DNA from: Bacillota bacterium | Lineage (GTDB): Bacteria > Bacillota > Clostridia > Peptostreptococcales > Anaerovoracaceae | Direction of reading: 5' to 3' | Length of the DNA: 64,000 nucleotides | NCBI GenBank assembly: GCA_017436705.1 | Contig: JAFSCP010000049.1 | Coordinates: 9,629-73,628 of the forward strand | Shown: positions 19,469 through 28,102 of the stretch, in pieces | Layout: every line of letters starts with the position of its first letter | Position numbering within the stretch: the stretch's first letter is position 1 | Notes under the pieces: model-generated | Databases searched by the model: none | What the model saw: only the letters and a program-made list of their open reading frames with translations | Told to the model about the DNA's origin: nothing | Position numbers and translations under genes: made by a program

Positions 19469-19975
19469 TTAAATTCCCTCCTGCACATCTTCATATTTCT
19501 TTAATACATCTTCTACTTTGTCTGGTGTCATGTTGCCGTAAACATCGTCGTTTATCATCACAACAGGTGCCAGACCGCATGCGCCTACACATCTGCAGGC
19601 ATCCAGTGAAAACTTGCCGTCCTCGGTACAGTCTCCTACATTGATTCCCAGTGAAGTCGTGAACTTATCAAGGATTGCTTCTGCACCCTTGACATAACAT
19701 GCCGTGCCCATGCAGACGCTGACTCTGTACTTGCCCTTAGGCTTTGTGGTGAATCCTGTGTAAAAAGATACTACACCGTACACATCAGCAAGAGGTAAAT
19801 CAAGTCCCTCTGCAATCTTAAGCTGAACTTCAAAAGGAAGATATCCGTAAATCGCCTGTGCTTCGTGGAGTACAGGAATAAGCGGACCCTTTGTGCCCTT
19901 GTAACGTGCGATTACTTCGTCAAGTGCTTTTTCCATTGCCAAAGCATCTGCGCAGCCATTACATACATTAGCCAT
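19469..19975 (-). CDS. hydC: Hydrogenase subunit HydC (NuoE-like 2Fe-2S thioredoxin-like ferredoxin)
   Basis: The start MANVCNG is preceded by AAGGAGGaaaaaact. Motifs CMGTACYVKG and CRCVGACGLAP are present. Confidence 0.85.
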   Translation of the reverse strand: MANVCNGCADALAMEKALDEVIARYKGTKGPLIPVLHEAQAIYGYLPFEVQLKIAEGLDLPLADVYGVVSFYTGFTTKPKGKYRVSVCMGTACYVKGAEAILDKFTTSLGINVGDCTEDGKFSLDACRCVGACGLAPVVMINDDVYGNMTPDKVEDVLKKYEDVQEGI

Positions 19976-20153
19976 AGTTTTTTCCTCCTTGCGGTAATTT
20001 TTAAAAAGAAAAACCTCCGGCACAATCCCTGCATTTTCCGGAGGATTTCGTGTCAAAAAAACAAAACTAGAACTATTTTAAAACAATTATACAATTTCCG
20101 CAAGTGTTTTTCGTATATTATTCTGTATACATGGATAAATAACATTTTGGTTA

Positions 20154-20187
20154 CAAAAAAATCATGCCTGCGCTCATCAGACATGAT
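20154..20187 (-). terminator. Intrinsic terminator after the orphan lipoprotein gene
   Basis: Minus strand reads AATCATGtCTG-atgagcg-CAGgCATGATT followed by TTTTTTT. Confidence 0.6.
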
Positions 20188-20196
20188 TTTTAAAGT

Positions 20197-20619
20197 CTAT
20201 TTCTGTTTTTTTACTGATTCCGTAACATCATTAATTAAGTCAGCTCTTTTTCCGGTCGGGTCATTGGTGTGGAATTTCATAATCATTTCCCCACCGTTTT
20301 TTTCAGTAACATAAACCGCAACAAGGTAGTTTCCCTGATTGTTGCCATCTGCATATTCGTTAGTTTCTATTGCATTACCATTGTTGTGAAGAAGCATATC
20401 CTTTCCTGCGTATGACCCACTGATTTGATTACCACCGCAATCTATCGCCGTATTGGTTTTTACATCCCATGTGGTAATGATAAATTCATCATAAACGAGA
20501 GTCACATTCTGCTCAGCATCATTTTCTGTACTGTCAACAGGTTGGCTACAGCCTGTAAATGTTAAAGTGCATATTATTACAAATACCATCAGTACAGCAA
20601 GACTTTTTTTCTTTCCCAT
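20197..20619 (-). CDS. Orphan lipoprotein
   Basis: The start MGKKKSLAVLMVFVIICTLTFTGC (lipobox) follows AGGAGG. I recognise no domain. Confidence 0.7.
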   Translation of the reverse strand: MGKKKSLAVLMVFVIICTLTFTGCSQPVDSTENDAEQNVTLVYDEFIITTWDVKTNTAIDCGGNQISGSYAGKDMLLHNNGNAIETNEYADGNNQGNYLVAVYVTEKNGGEMIMKFHTNDPTGKRADLINDVTESVKKQK

Positions 20620-20714
20620 GATCGCTGATACCTCCTTTGGTCCAAATATAACACATGTCAGAAGTAGCTGCAAGTGCTAATCAAGAGTGTCGGAATTTGT
20701 CGACAAGAGAACGC

Positions 20715-20743
20715 TTGTTCGCATAACAATTATATGCTATAAT
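20715..20743 (+). promoter_or_regulatory. Sigma-70-like promoter for the small toxin ORF
   Basis: TTGTTC (20715-20720), a 17-nt spacer, then TATAAT (20738-20743), ~60 nt upstream of the ATG at 20805. Confidence 0.5.
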
Positions 20744-20780
20744 ATTTCTAAGAGTTGCCAGAGACACGGTGGACGGTTTG

Positions 20781-20796
20781 CTCCCTTCGAAGGGAG
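20781..20796 (+). promoter_or_regulatory. SD-sequestering hairpin in the toxin leader
   Basis: CTCCCT-tcga-AGGGAG is a perfect 6-bp stem. The 3' arm is the AGGGAGG Shine-Dalgarno, 8 nt upstream of the ATG. Confidence 0.55.
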
Positions 20797-20804
20797 GTGA
20801 TTCC

Positions 20805-20894
20805 ATGGTTACATATGAAGCGCTGACAGCATTTGCTACAGCAGGCATGTTTGTAATCGCCGTAATCACCTTGCTGATGAACAGCAAGCATTAA
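20805..20894 (+). CDS. 29-aa single-TM peptide resembling the putative holin-like toxin (Hol-Tox) family. It is not in the supplied ORF track.
   Basis: Read directly: ATG GTT ACA TAT GAA GCG ... = MVTYEALTAFATAGMFVIAVITLLMNSKH*. It has the xTYEAL head, a hydrophobic helix and a basic tail. An SD, promoter and terminator are present. Confidence 0.6.
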   Translation: MVTYEALTAFATAGMFVIAVITLLMNSKH

Positions 20895-20917
20895 GATAAT
20901 TTATTTTACAAAAAATA

Positions 20918-20960
20918 AAATATCACGTCCATGTTTTCCCCAACTAACGTGATATTTTTT
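20918..20960. terminator. Bidirectional intrinsic terminator
   Basis: AAAATATCACGT-(20-nt loop)-ACGTGATATTTTTT, with A and T runs on either side. Confidence 0.7.
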
Positions 20961-21051
20961 CACAAATAAAGGGAGCAACCGTTCATCGGCAACTCTTTTA
21001 TTGTCTATATTATACACATCGCTTGTCTGATATGCAACCGTTTTTTAATTG

Positions 21052-23457
21052 CTAGCCCAGCACTTCCTGCGCGAAGTGAACTGATGCCATGGCATCGCGG
21101 ACGTACTTGTCTGCTCTGATCATGTCAGCGTACTGCTCGGTGAGAACTGCACCGCCCACCATAACCTTGCAGTCAGGTTTTACTTCGGCAAGGGACTTGA
21201 TTGTTTCTTCCATGGCTCCTACGGTAGTTGTCATGAGAGCGCTGAGGCCCACAAGCTTCACATCTTCTTTAACCACGGCTTCTACGATGGTTTCAGGAGC
21301 AACGTCCTTGCCAAGGTCGATAATTTTGTAACCATAGTTTTCGAGGAGAACTTTTACGATGTTCTTACCGATATCGTGGATATCACCCTTTACTGTGGCG
21401 ATGACGATTTTGCCCTTGTCCTCCTGCTGTCCGCCTGTTTTCAGCATTTCTTCACGTATTACTGCAAAGGCTGCCTTGGCCGCTTCTGCACTCATGAGAA
21501 GCTGCGGCAGAAAAACAGTTCCCGCTTCAAAGCCTTTACCTACCTGATCAAGCACAGGAATAAGACGTCCGTTTATAATTTCCATCGGGTCTTCTGATGC
21601 AATCAGCGCAGTACATGCTGCATGCGCAGCTTCCTTCATGCCGCGTTCAACTGCCTTTTCAAGAGACATGCTTTCACCGCCGGCTGCAGGCGCTGCCGGT
21701 GCTGCGGTCTGAGCATCTGCATAATTTGCAATGTATTCACTGCAGTTCGGGTCTTTACCTGCCAGAGCATTATATGCGTAGTATGAAGTCATCATAGCTC
21801 TGGACTTAGGATTGATAATTGCTGCATCAAGGCCTCTCTGGAGTGCCATGGTATAGAAGTTTGCGTTGATATTTTCACGGGCAGGAAGACCAAAGGAAAT
21901 GTTTGAAACTCCAAGGCTTGTCTTCACGCCAAGTTCCTTTTTAACCAGTTCCAGGGCATCCAGAGTTACCTGCGCAGAATTGTGGTCAGAACTGATGGTC
22001 ATGCAGAGAACATCGATGATGATATCCTCTTTTTTAATACCGTAGTATAAAGCAGCATCAACAATTTTGCGGGCAATTTCCAGTCTGCCAGCTGCAGATT
22101 CAGGAATGCCTTTTTCATCCAGCGTAAGGCCTACAACCACGCCGCCGTATTTTTTTACCAGCGGGAAGATTGCATCCATGGATTCACGCTTACCGTTCAC
22201 GGAGTTGATCATAGCCTTGCCGTTGTAGTATCTGAGGGCAGTTTCCATGGTGTTTATATCAGCTGTATCAATCTGCAGAGGCAGATCAATTACCGCCTGA
22301 AGCTCTGTCATCACGCGGTAAAGCATCTGTTCTTCGTCAATTTCAGGAAGACCCACATTTACGTCCAGAATCTTTGCACCTGCATCTTCCTGAGCAAAAC
22401 CTTCCTGAAGCACATAATCAATATCCCCGTCCCGGAGTGCCTGCTTGAAGCGGGACTTGCCGGTAGGATTGATTCTTTCACCTATAATAACGTGTCCGTC
22501 CTCAAAATTCACAGCGTGGCTGTATGAAGAAACACGTGTGATTTCTTTTTTTGTAATTGGTTTCAGCCTCTTTCCGGCGCAGCGGTCATGAATCAGTCTG
22601 ATATATTCAGGAGTAGTGCCGCAGCAGCCACCCATGAGCCATACTCCGTCGGCAGCCATTTCTTCCATAACATCAGCGAACTGCTCAGGAGTAATATCGT
22701 AGACAGTCTTATCACCTTCCTGGCGCGGGAGTCCTGCGTTAGGGTTTACTATCACAGGCAGGCTTGTGAGGCTGAGCATCTGCTGAACCAGCGGTCTCAT
22801 CTGTACCGGTCCGAGGCCGCAGTTGATACCGATGGCGTCCGCACCAAGGCCTTCAAGCATTGTAACTACTGCTTCCACGTTGGCACCTGTAAGAAGCTTG
22901 CCTTTTTCATCAAAGGTAACTGTTGCAAAAACCGGCAGATCACAGTTTTCTTTTATCGCCAGAATTGCAGCCTTGATTTCGTAGGTGTCGCCCATGGTCT
23001 CAACCATCATAATGTCTGCGCCGGCATCTGCACCAGCGATAACCATTTCCTTGTAAAGTTCATACGCTGCATCAAACTCCATAGTACCGAAAGGTTTCAG
23101 CAGCTTACCTGTAGGCGCCAGATCCATGGCAACCCAGGCTTTGCGGTCAGTGTCAGGTCCGCATACATCAAGAACCGCTCTCTGGGCATTGGCAACGCCG
23201 GCTTTTACGATTTCATCAACGGTATAGCCTGTGCCTTCCAGCTTGATAGCATTGGCACCGAAAGTATTGGCCATGATAATATCTGCCCCTGCTGAAAGGT
23301 ATTCGCAGTGTACATCATACACATCAGCCGGTCTTGTTATATTCCAGATTTCAGTGATTTCACCGGGTTTTACCCCTTTCTTCTGAAGCATGGTGCCCAT
23401 GCCCCCGTCAAAGAACAGCATTCTCTTGCCCAATTCTTCTAAAATATTATATTTCAT
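21052..23457 (-). CDS. metH: Methionine synthase core (homocysteine S-methyltransferase, pterin-binding and B12-binding domains), lacking the activation domain
   Basis: 801 aa. An Hcy-binding barrel (GGCCGTTPEYI), a pterin-binding domain, and a cobalamin cap plus Rossmann domain with the DIHDIGKNIV (DxHxxG) motif. Confidence 0.9.
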   Translation of the reverse strand: MKYNILEELGKRMLFFDGGMGTMLQKKGVKPGEITEIWNITRPADVYDVHCEYLSAGADIIMANTFGANAIKLEGTGYTVDEIVKAGVANAQRAVLDVCGPDTDRKAWVAMDLAPTGKLLKPFGTMEFDAAYELYKEMVIAGADAGADIMMVETMGDTYEIKAAILAIKENCDLPVFATVTFDEKGKLLTGANVEAVVTMLEGLGADAIGINCGLGPVQMRPLVQQMLSLTSLPVIVNPNAGLPRQEGDKTVYDITPEQFADVMEEMAADGVWLMGGCCGTTPEYIRLIHDRCAGKRLKPITKKEITRVSSYSHAVNFEDGHVIIGERINPTGKSRFKQALRDGDIDYVLQEGFAQEDAGAKILDVNVGLPEIDEEQMLYRVMTELQAVIDLPLQIDTADINTMETALRYYNGKAMINSVNGKRESMDAIFPLVKKYGGVVVGLTLDEKGIPESAAGRLEIARKIVDAALYYGIKKEDIIIDVLCMTISSDHNSAQVTLDALELVKKELGVKTSLGVSNISFGLPARENINANFYTMALQRGLDAAIINPKSRAMMTSYYAYNALAGKDPNCSEYIANYADAQTAAPAAPAAGGESMSLEKAVERGMKEAAHAACTALIASEDPMEIINGRLIPVLDQVGKGFEAGTVFLPQLLMSAEAAKAAFAVIREEMLKTGGQQEDKGKIVIATVKGDIHDIGKNIVKVLLENYGYKIIDLGKDVAPETIVEAVVKEDVKLVGLSALMTTTVGAMEETIKSLAEVKPDCKVMVGGAVLTEQYADMIRADKYVRDAMASVHFAQEVLG

Positions 23458-23460
23458 GGT

Positions 23461-24153
23461 CTAAATATTCCTCCTGTAAATACAGTCTTTTTTCAGGCAT
23501 TCTTCACATCCGTGAATGTTGCAGCGCTGAATATCCCCATACAAAGGTTTCTTAAAACGGCTGATTCCCATCAGAGCCGTGACGGATTTGGCCGGTACCA
23601 GCATACCGCCGTCCGTTGGTGTCACCCCTATGGTACGCGGCAGGTCCAGAAGGCGGATGAAATCCCGCTGGTGTTTCACATCGAAATCTCCGTACCCGGG
23701 CGAAAACCGCGGCCTTAAAGTCTTGTATTCCTTGTTCAGTTCTTTTTCCAGCCTGTAATTGCATCCGTCGCAGTAGCTTTCAATGAGTGCAGTTGCTGCC
23801 GCATCCATAATCAGGCCCTGGCTCATGTCTCTGGCCGAATACTTGCGGATAAGACGGTCAACCTCAATACCCAGTGTTGCCGCAAAAAACAGCACCTCTT
23901 CGCATCCCTGCAGGTTGACAGTAAGAGACCTGCTGGTCACATCCATCACATCAAATCCGCCGAAGCGCAGGCCATTCTCCACCCCGCGAATGGTGCTGAC
24001 GCTGAAGATTTTTGTGGTGCACCTTGGTTCATATACATGGATCAGCTCTTCAACTGCCCGGTCTGCAAAATCAATAATCCGCGGGTCGATTTCCTTCTCG
24101 TCAGCTCTGCCCATTCCCGCATACCGCAGAACTTCTTCACGCAGCCAGGACAT
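23461..24153 (-). CDS. Stand-alone vitamin-B12-dependent methionine synthase activation-domain protein
   Basis: 230 aa. Its position directly upstream of metH and the RFSPGYGD-type motif are typical of split MetH systems in Clostridia. Confidence 0.75.
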   Translation of the reverse strand: MSWLREEVLRYAGMGRADEKEIDPRIIDFADRAVEELIHVYEPRCTTKIFSVSTIRGVENGLRFGGFDVMDVTSRSLTVNLQGCEEVLFFAATLGIEVDRLIRKYSARDMSQGLIMDAAATALIESYCDGCNYRLEKELNKEYKTLRPRFSPGYGDFDVKHQRDFIRLLDLPRTIGVTPTDGGMLVPAKSVTALMGISRFKKPLYGDIQRCNIHGCEECLKKDCIYRRNI

Positions 24154-25031
24154 TATTTTCTGTCTGAGCCGATGATGTGTGACAGGTTGTTTCTGATGCT
24201 CTGCGCCACATCAGGCTTGTTCATTGTGTAGATGTGGATTCCGCGGACGCCGTTGGCAATCAGGTCGATGATCTGGTCAGTGGCATAAGCAATACCTGCC
24301 TGTTTCATCGCTTCCGGATTGTCGCCGAATTTGTCCACGATTGCTTTGAATCTTGCAGGGAGTTCTGCTCCGGAAAGCTGGCAGCTTCTCGCAATCTGCT
24401 TGCCGTTGGTAACCGGCATGATGCCTGCGATTACAGGCACAGTGATTCCCTTTTCCCTGATGCGGTAAAGGAAATTATAAAGCATGTTATTATCGAAGAA
24501 CATCTGGGTTGTGAGGAAATCCACGCCTGCATCAACCTTTTCTTTCAGATGTCTGATGTCGTCTGCCTTGTGTTCACATTCAGTGTGGCCTTCAGGGTAG
24601 CAGGCCGCACCGATACAGAAATCCCCGTGTTTTTTAATCTCTCTTACCAGGTCGCTGGCGTATCTGAAGTCGCAGGTTGTAGTGCCCTGAAAATCTGCAG
24701 GAATGTCGCCTCTGAGGGCCAGAATATTTTCGATGCCCGCAGCCTTGATGCCTTCGATGGCTTCCGCCACCTGCTCTTTTGTGGAAGATATGCAGGTCAG
24801 ATGGGCAAGTGATGTCACGCCCAGATCGTTCTGCACATGGTCTGCAATTTTAATTGTATTGTGTCCGATGCCGCCGCCTGCGCCGTAGGTCACGCTCATG
24901 AAGTCAGGCTTGTCCATGCAGAGCTTGTCCACAGCTGCCACAATAGGCTCGAAAGGCATGTCCTTTTTAGGCGGGAACACTTCATATGATAAAGTCACTT
25001 CTTTGCTGTTCAGTATATCAATAATTTTCAT
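24153..25031 (-). CDS. metF: Methylenetetrahydrofolate reductase
   Basis: MKIIDILNSKEVTLSYEVFPPKK...FMSVTYGAGG...ALRGD are classical MTHFR motifs. The start is taken at the internal ATG. Confidence 0.9.
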   Translation of the reverse strand: MKIIDILNSKEVTLSYEVFPPKKDMPFEPIVAAVDKLCMDKPDFMSVTYGAGGGIGHNTIKIADHVQNDLGVTSLAHLTCISSTKEQVAEAIEGIKAAGIENILALRGDIPADFQGTTTCDFRYASDLVREIKKHGDFCIGAACYPEGHTECEHKADDIRHLKEKVDAGVDFLTTQMFFDNNMLYNFLYRIREKGITVPVIAGIMPVTNGKQIARSCQLSGAELPARFKAIVDKFGDNPEAMKQAGIAYATDQIIDLIANGVRGIHIYTMNKPDVAQSIRNNLSHIIGSDRK

Positions 25032-25536
25032 TTCCTGTTTCGTCCTCCTTGACAATATCTGCAAGCTGGAAGTCGATGGCCCTGGCCAGGTCGCCGGTTC
25101 CCAGTTCTATCTGAAAGCCAATCCGCCCGCCGCTGAAAAAAATCACATCGTAATCTTCGGCGGTTCTGTGGATTGTGGTCTTAAAAAACTTTTTCATTCC
25201 TATTGGCGAGCATCCTCCGTGGATGTATCCGGTCAGAGGCAGAAGTTCTTTTGATTTAATCATTTCAACAGACTTTTCGCCTACTGCTTTTGCAGCTTTT
25301 TTCAGGTCGAGCTCTGCTGCCACAGGTACCATAAAAACATAGTGTTCTCCGGTCTTTCCCACGGTTACAAGAGTCTTGAAACACTGTCCCGGGTCCTGTC
25401 CCAGCACTGCCGCAACCTCTGTGCCGCTCAGGGCTTCCTCACCATCGTAATAGTGCTGGCCGTACTGGATTTTAAGTGCATCCAGCCTGCGCATAGCATT
25501 GGTTTTTTCGGCCGGCTTATTCTTTCCTTTCGCCAT
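25018..25536 (-). CDS. ybaK: Cys-tRNA(Pro)/Cys-tRNA(Cys) deacylase (YbaK/EbsC family)
   Basis: 172 aa. KTNAMRRLDALKI...KTLV...GGCSPIG motif pattern. Confidence 0.85.
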   Translation of the reverse strand: MAKGKNKPAEKTNAMRRLDALKIQYGQHYYDGEEALSGTEVAAVLGQDPGQCFKTLVTVGKTGEHYVFMVPVAAELDLKKAAKAVGEKSVEMIKSKELLPLTGYIHGGCSPIGMKKFFKTTIHRTAEDYDVIFFSGGRIGFQIELGTGDLARAIDFQLADIVKEDETGNENY

Positions 25537-25538
25537 AA

Positions 25539-26105
25539 CTATGCCTCCTCACTCTCTGAATTTTCCAGTGCTTCACGCTGGGCCGCCCTTTCCCTTATAC
25601 GCTCATGGGCCGCAATTACTTCGTCCAGATAAATCTTGCGCACATAGAGCTGGCAGGCAAAGGCGTTGCATGCGTTCCAGAGCATGTGGCGCGGGTCTTT
25701 GCGGTTCTTTACCTTTTCCATGACACGCTGCTCGAAAGCGCACATCACGGCCTCCTCCACATAATCACAGAACTGGTTGTAGGACACATCACCTCCGTTG
25801 TGGCGGATGGCCAGTTTGTTGAGATAAGCGATTTCTTCTATTGTATATACCGGCTTAAGCACGGCGATTACGAAAAGGCAAGCAATGGAAAGCCTGTCGT
25901 ATTTGCGGTTCACCGGCGGCGCGATAAATTTTAATTTTACGTAGTTGTTTACCATGGTACGGGTCATCACAGGCTTGCCGTCCTGGCTGAGATATTCGCC
26001 CAGCCACTCGTCCAGCAGCGCCAGCACCTGATCCGGATACTGAGGAATGGAAGGCAGTTCTTCCCACCTTGGCATGCGGAATTCATCTAGTCCTTTTCTC
26101 TTCAT
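25539..26105 (-). CDS. DUF1836 domain protein
   Basis: 188 aa. MPRWEELPSIPQYPDQVLALLDEW...MTRTMVNNYVKLKFIAPPVNRKY matches my recollection of DUF1836. Confidence 0.7.
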   Translation of the reverse strand: MKRKGLDEFRMPRWEELPSIPQYPDQVLALLDEWLGEYLSQDGKPVMTRTMVNNYVKLKFIAPPVNRKYDRLSIACLFVIAVLKPVYTIEEIAYLNKLAIRHNGGDVSYNQFCDYVEEAVMCAFEQRVMEKVKNRKDPRHMLWNACNAFACQLYVRKIYLDEVIAAHERIRERAAQREALENSESEEA

Positions 26106-26157
26106 CTGTCAGTTTCCTCCTTTTATATACAGAACTAACATATCACAAAAACTTCAC

Positions 26158-26196
26158 CTTGTCAAACATTGACAAAGTCATCAAAAAGTTGTATTA
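26158..26196 (+). promoter_or_regulatory. Near-consensus sigma-70 promoter overlapped by a perfect palindrome
   Basis: TTGACA (26168-26173), a 17-nt spacer, then TATTAT (26191-26196). TTGTCAA-aca-TTGACAA (26158-26174) overlaps the -35. Confidence 0.55.
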
Positions 26197-26287
26197 TAGT
26201 TTTAATAACTAGATAAAATGTTTATCAAAACATCGACTTATGATTTTAAAAACAGCTACAATTTATTCCCGTAAAGGAGCATATTCA

Positions 26288-28021
26288 ATGAAAAAACTAG
26301 CTGAGATGAAATGTCTCTATCCCGCAAAATTCCACGAAAATTTAAGAGCAATGGTCAATTACGCAGCAGAAACTTACGGAACTGACACTGCGTTCATCAT
26401 CAAGCATAAAGTAAAGGGCGCAGACCCTGTATACGAACATAAAACATTCATCGAGCTTCGTGACAACGTAAACCAGCTGGGAACTGCTTTCCTTAAAAGA
26501 GGCTTCCAGGGCAAGCGCATTGCTGTAACAAGCAAGAACCGTTACGAATGGATGGTTTCCTATTTTGCAACACTTGGCGGCATCGGTATCTGTGTGCCTC
26601 TGGACAAAGGCCTTCCATACGAAGAAATGGAATCCTCCCTCATCAGAAGCTGCACCGACATCGTAATCTTCGACGACGGCATGAAGTCTATGATGGAAGA
26701 AATCAAGGCGAACGACAGGACTCAGGTTACAACATGGATTAACATGGACGAATCCGAAGAGTACCTCAGTGTGCCTCAGCTCCTTGAAGAAGGAAAGACA
26801 GCTCTTGCAGAAGGTTTTGACCAGTACCTCAGCCTGCCTGTTGACAGCAAGGCAATTGACATCCTGCTCTTCACCTCCGGAACTACTTCCATGGCCAAGG
26901 CAGTAATGCTCAGCCAGCATAACATCACTTCCAACCTGTACTCACTGCAGCGTTCCGAAGATATCCACAGAGGTGACGTAAACATGTCCTTCCTGCCATA
27001 TCACCACACATTCGGTTCTGTAGGCCAGATGCTTATGATCGTCTGCGGTGTTACCACAGCCTACTGCGACGGCATCAAGTACCTGCAGAAAAACCTGGCA
27101 GAATACAAGGTTTCCGTATTTTTCTGCGTACCGCTCCTCATTGAGTCCATATACAAAAAAATCATGGCAACTGTAAAGAAAGAAGGCAAGGAAAAGACCG
27201 TTGCCTTCGGTATCAGGCTCACCAAGTTCCTGCTTAAGTTCGGCATCGATATCCGCCGCAAAGTTTTCAAGCAGATTCACGACCAGCTTGGCGGCAACCT
27301 GCGTTTCGTAATCAGCGGCGCATCTGCCATCGACCCTGAAGCTCTCCAGGGCTTCATTGACCTGGGTTTTGATGCAGTTCAGGGCTACGGCATGACTGAA
27401 GCTTCACCTGTAATTTCTGCAGAGCATCCTAAATTCCGTAAACTGGGTTCCATCGGCCGTGCAATGCCTGATGTGGAAGTTGCCATCGAAGATCCTGATG
27501 AAAACGGTGTAGGCGAAATCATCGCACGCGGACCGAACATCATGGCCGGCTACTACGAAAACGAAGAAGAAACTGCAAAGGTTCTCGCTGGCGGCTGGCT
27601 CCACACAGGAGACCTGGGCTACATCGACGAAGACGGTTACCTCTTCATCTGCGGCCGTAAAAAGAACGTTATTGTCCTCAAGAACGGCAAGAACGTCTAC
27701 CCTGAAGAACTGGAAATGCTCATCGCAAACCTGCCATACGTTGAAGAAAACTTTGTATTCGGTCAGCCTCGCCACAAAGACGGCGACGAAAAAGACCTGG
27801 CTCTGGTTGCAAAGATTGTTTACAACACAACTTATATGAAAGACAACTACGGCGCAGAAACACCTGAACAGGCAGAAGAAATCATCAGACGCGACGTCGA
27901 CAAAATCAACGAAACAGTCCCTGTCTACAAACAGATTTTCAGACTCATCGTTACAGACCAGCCGATGGTAAAAACCACAACCGGCAAAGTAAAAAGATAC
28001 GAAGAGGTAAAGACTCTTTAA
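26288..28021 (+). CDS. AMP-binding long-chain-fatty-acid--CoA ligase-like enzyme
   Basis: The FTSGTTSMAKAV (AMP-binding P-loop), GYGMTE and GWLHTGDLG motifs. ATG at 26288 follows AAAGGAG. Confidence 0.85.
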   Translation: MKKLAEMKCLYPAKFHENLRAMVNYAAETYGTDTAFIIKHKVKGADPVYEHKTFIELRDNVNQLGTAFLKRGFQGKRIAVTSKNRYEWMVSYFATLGGIGICVPLDKGLPYEEMESSLIRSCTDIVIFDDGMKSMMEEIKANDRTQVTTWINMDESEEYLSVPQLLEEGKTALAEGFDQYLSLPVDSKAIDILLFTSGTTSMAKAVMLSQHNITSNLYSLQRSEDIHRGDVNMSFLPYHHTFGSVGQMLMIVCGVTTAYCDGIKYLQKNLAEYKVSVFFCVPLLIESIYKKIMATVKKEGKEKTVAFGIRLTKFLLKFGIDIRRKVFKQIHDQLGGNLRFVISGASAIDPEALQGFIDLGFDAVQGYGMTEASPVISAEHPKFRKLGSIGRAMPDVEVAIEDPDENGVGEIIARGPNIMAGYYENEEETAKVLAGGWLHTGDLGYIDEDGYLFICGRKKNVIVLKNGKNVYPEELEMLIANLPYVEENFVFGQPRHKDGDEKDLALVAKIVYNTTYMKDNYGAETPEQAEEIIRRDVDKINETVPVYKQIFRLIVTDQPMVKTTTGKVKRYEEVKTL

Positions 28022-28051
28022 TACTCTTTCCTATTACATATATCAACAAGA

Positions 28052-28085
28052 AAAGGTGCGTTCCCTGCGGAGCGCACCTTTTTTG
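28052..28085 (+). terminator. Rho-independent terminator
   Basis: AAAGGTGCG-ttccctgcggag-CGCACCTTT followed by TTTT. Confidence 0.75.
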
Positions 28086-28102
28086 TTTCACAATTAATTA
28101 TG

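Noticed and set aside
20681-20887. 68-aa minus-strand ORF in the ORF track (MLFISKVITAITNMPAVANAV...)
   Set aside because: It has no RBS and its composition is odd. It lies exactly antisense to the 29-aa + strand ORF, which does have a promoter, an SD inside a hairpin, a family-like sequence and a terminator. I treat it as a shadow ORF.
21009-21037. Calling the minus-strand TTGCAT-17-TATAAT element a confirmed sRNA promoter feature
   Set aside because: It lies only ~15 nt downstream of the metH stop. The 20918-20960 hairpin may simply be the metH terminator. The sRNA idea is kept as a hypothesis in the findings and not as an annotated ncRNA.
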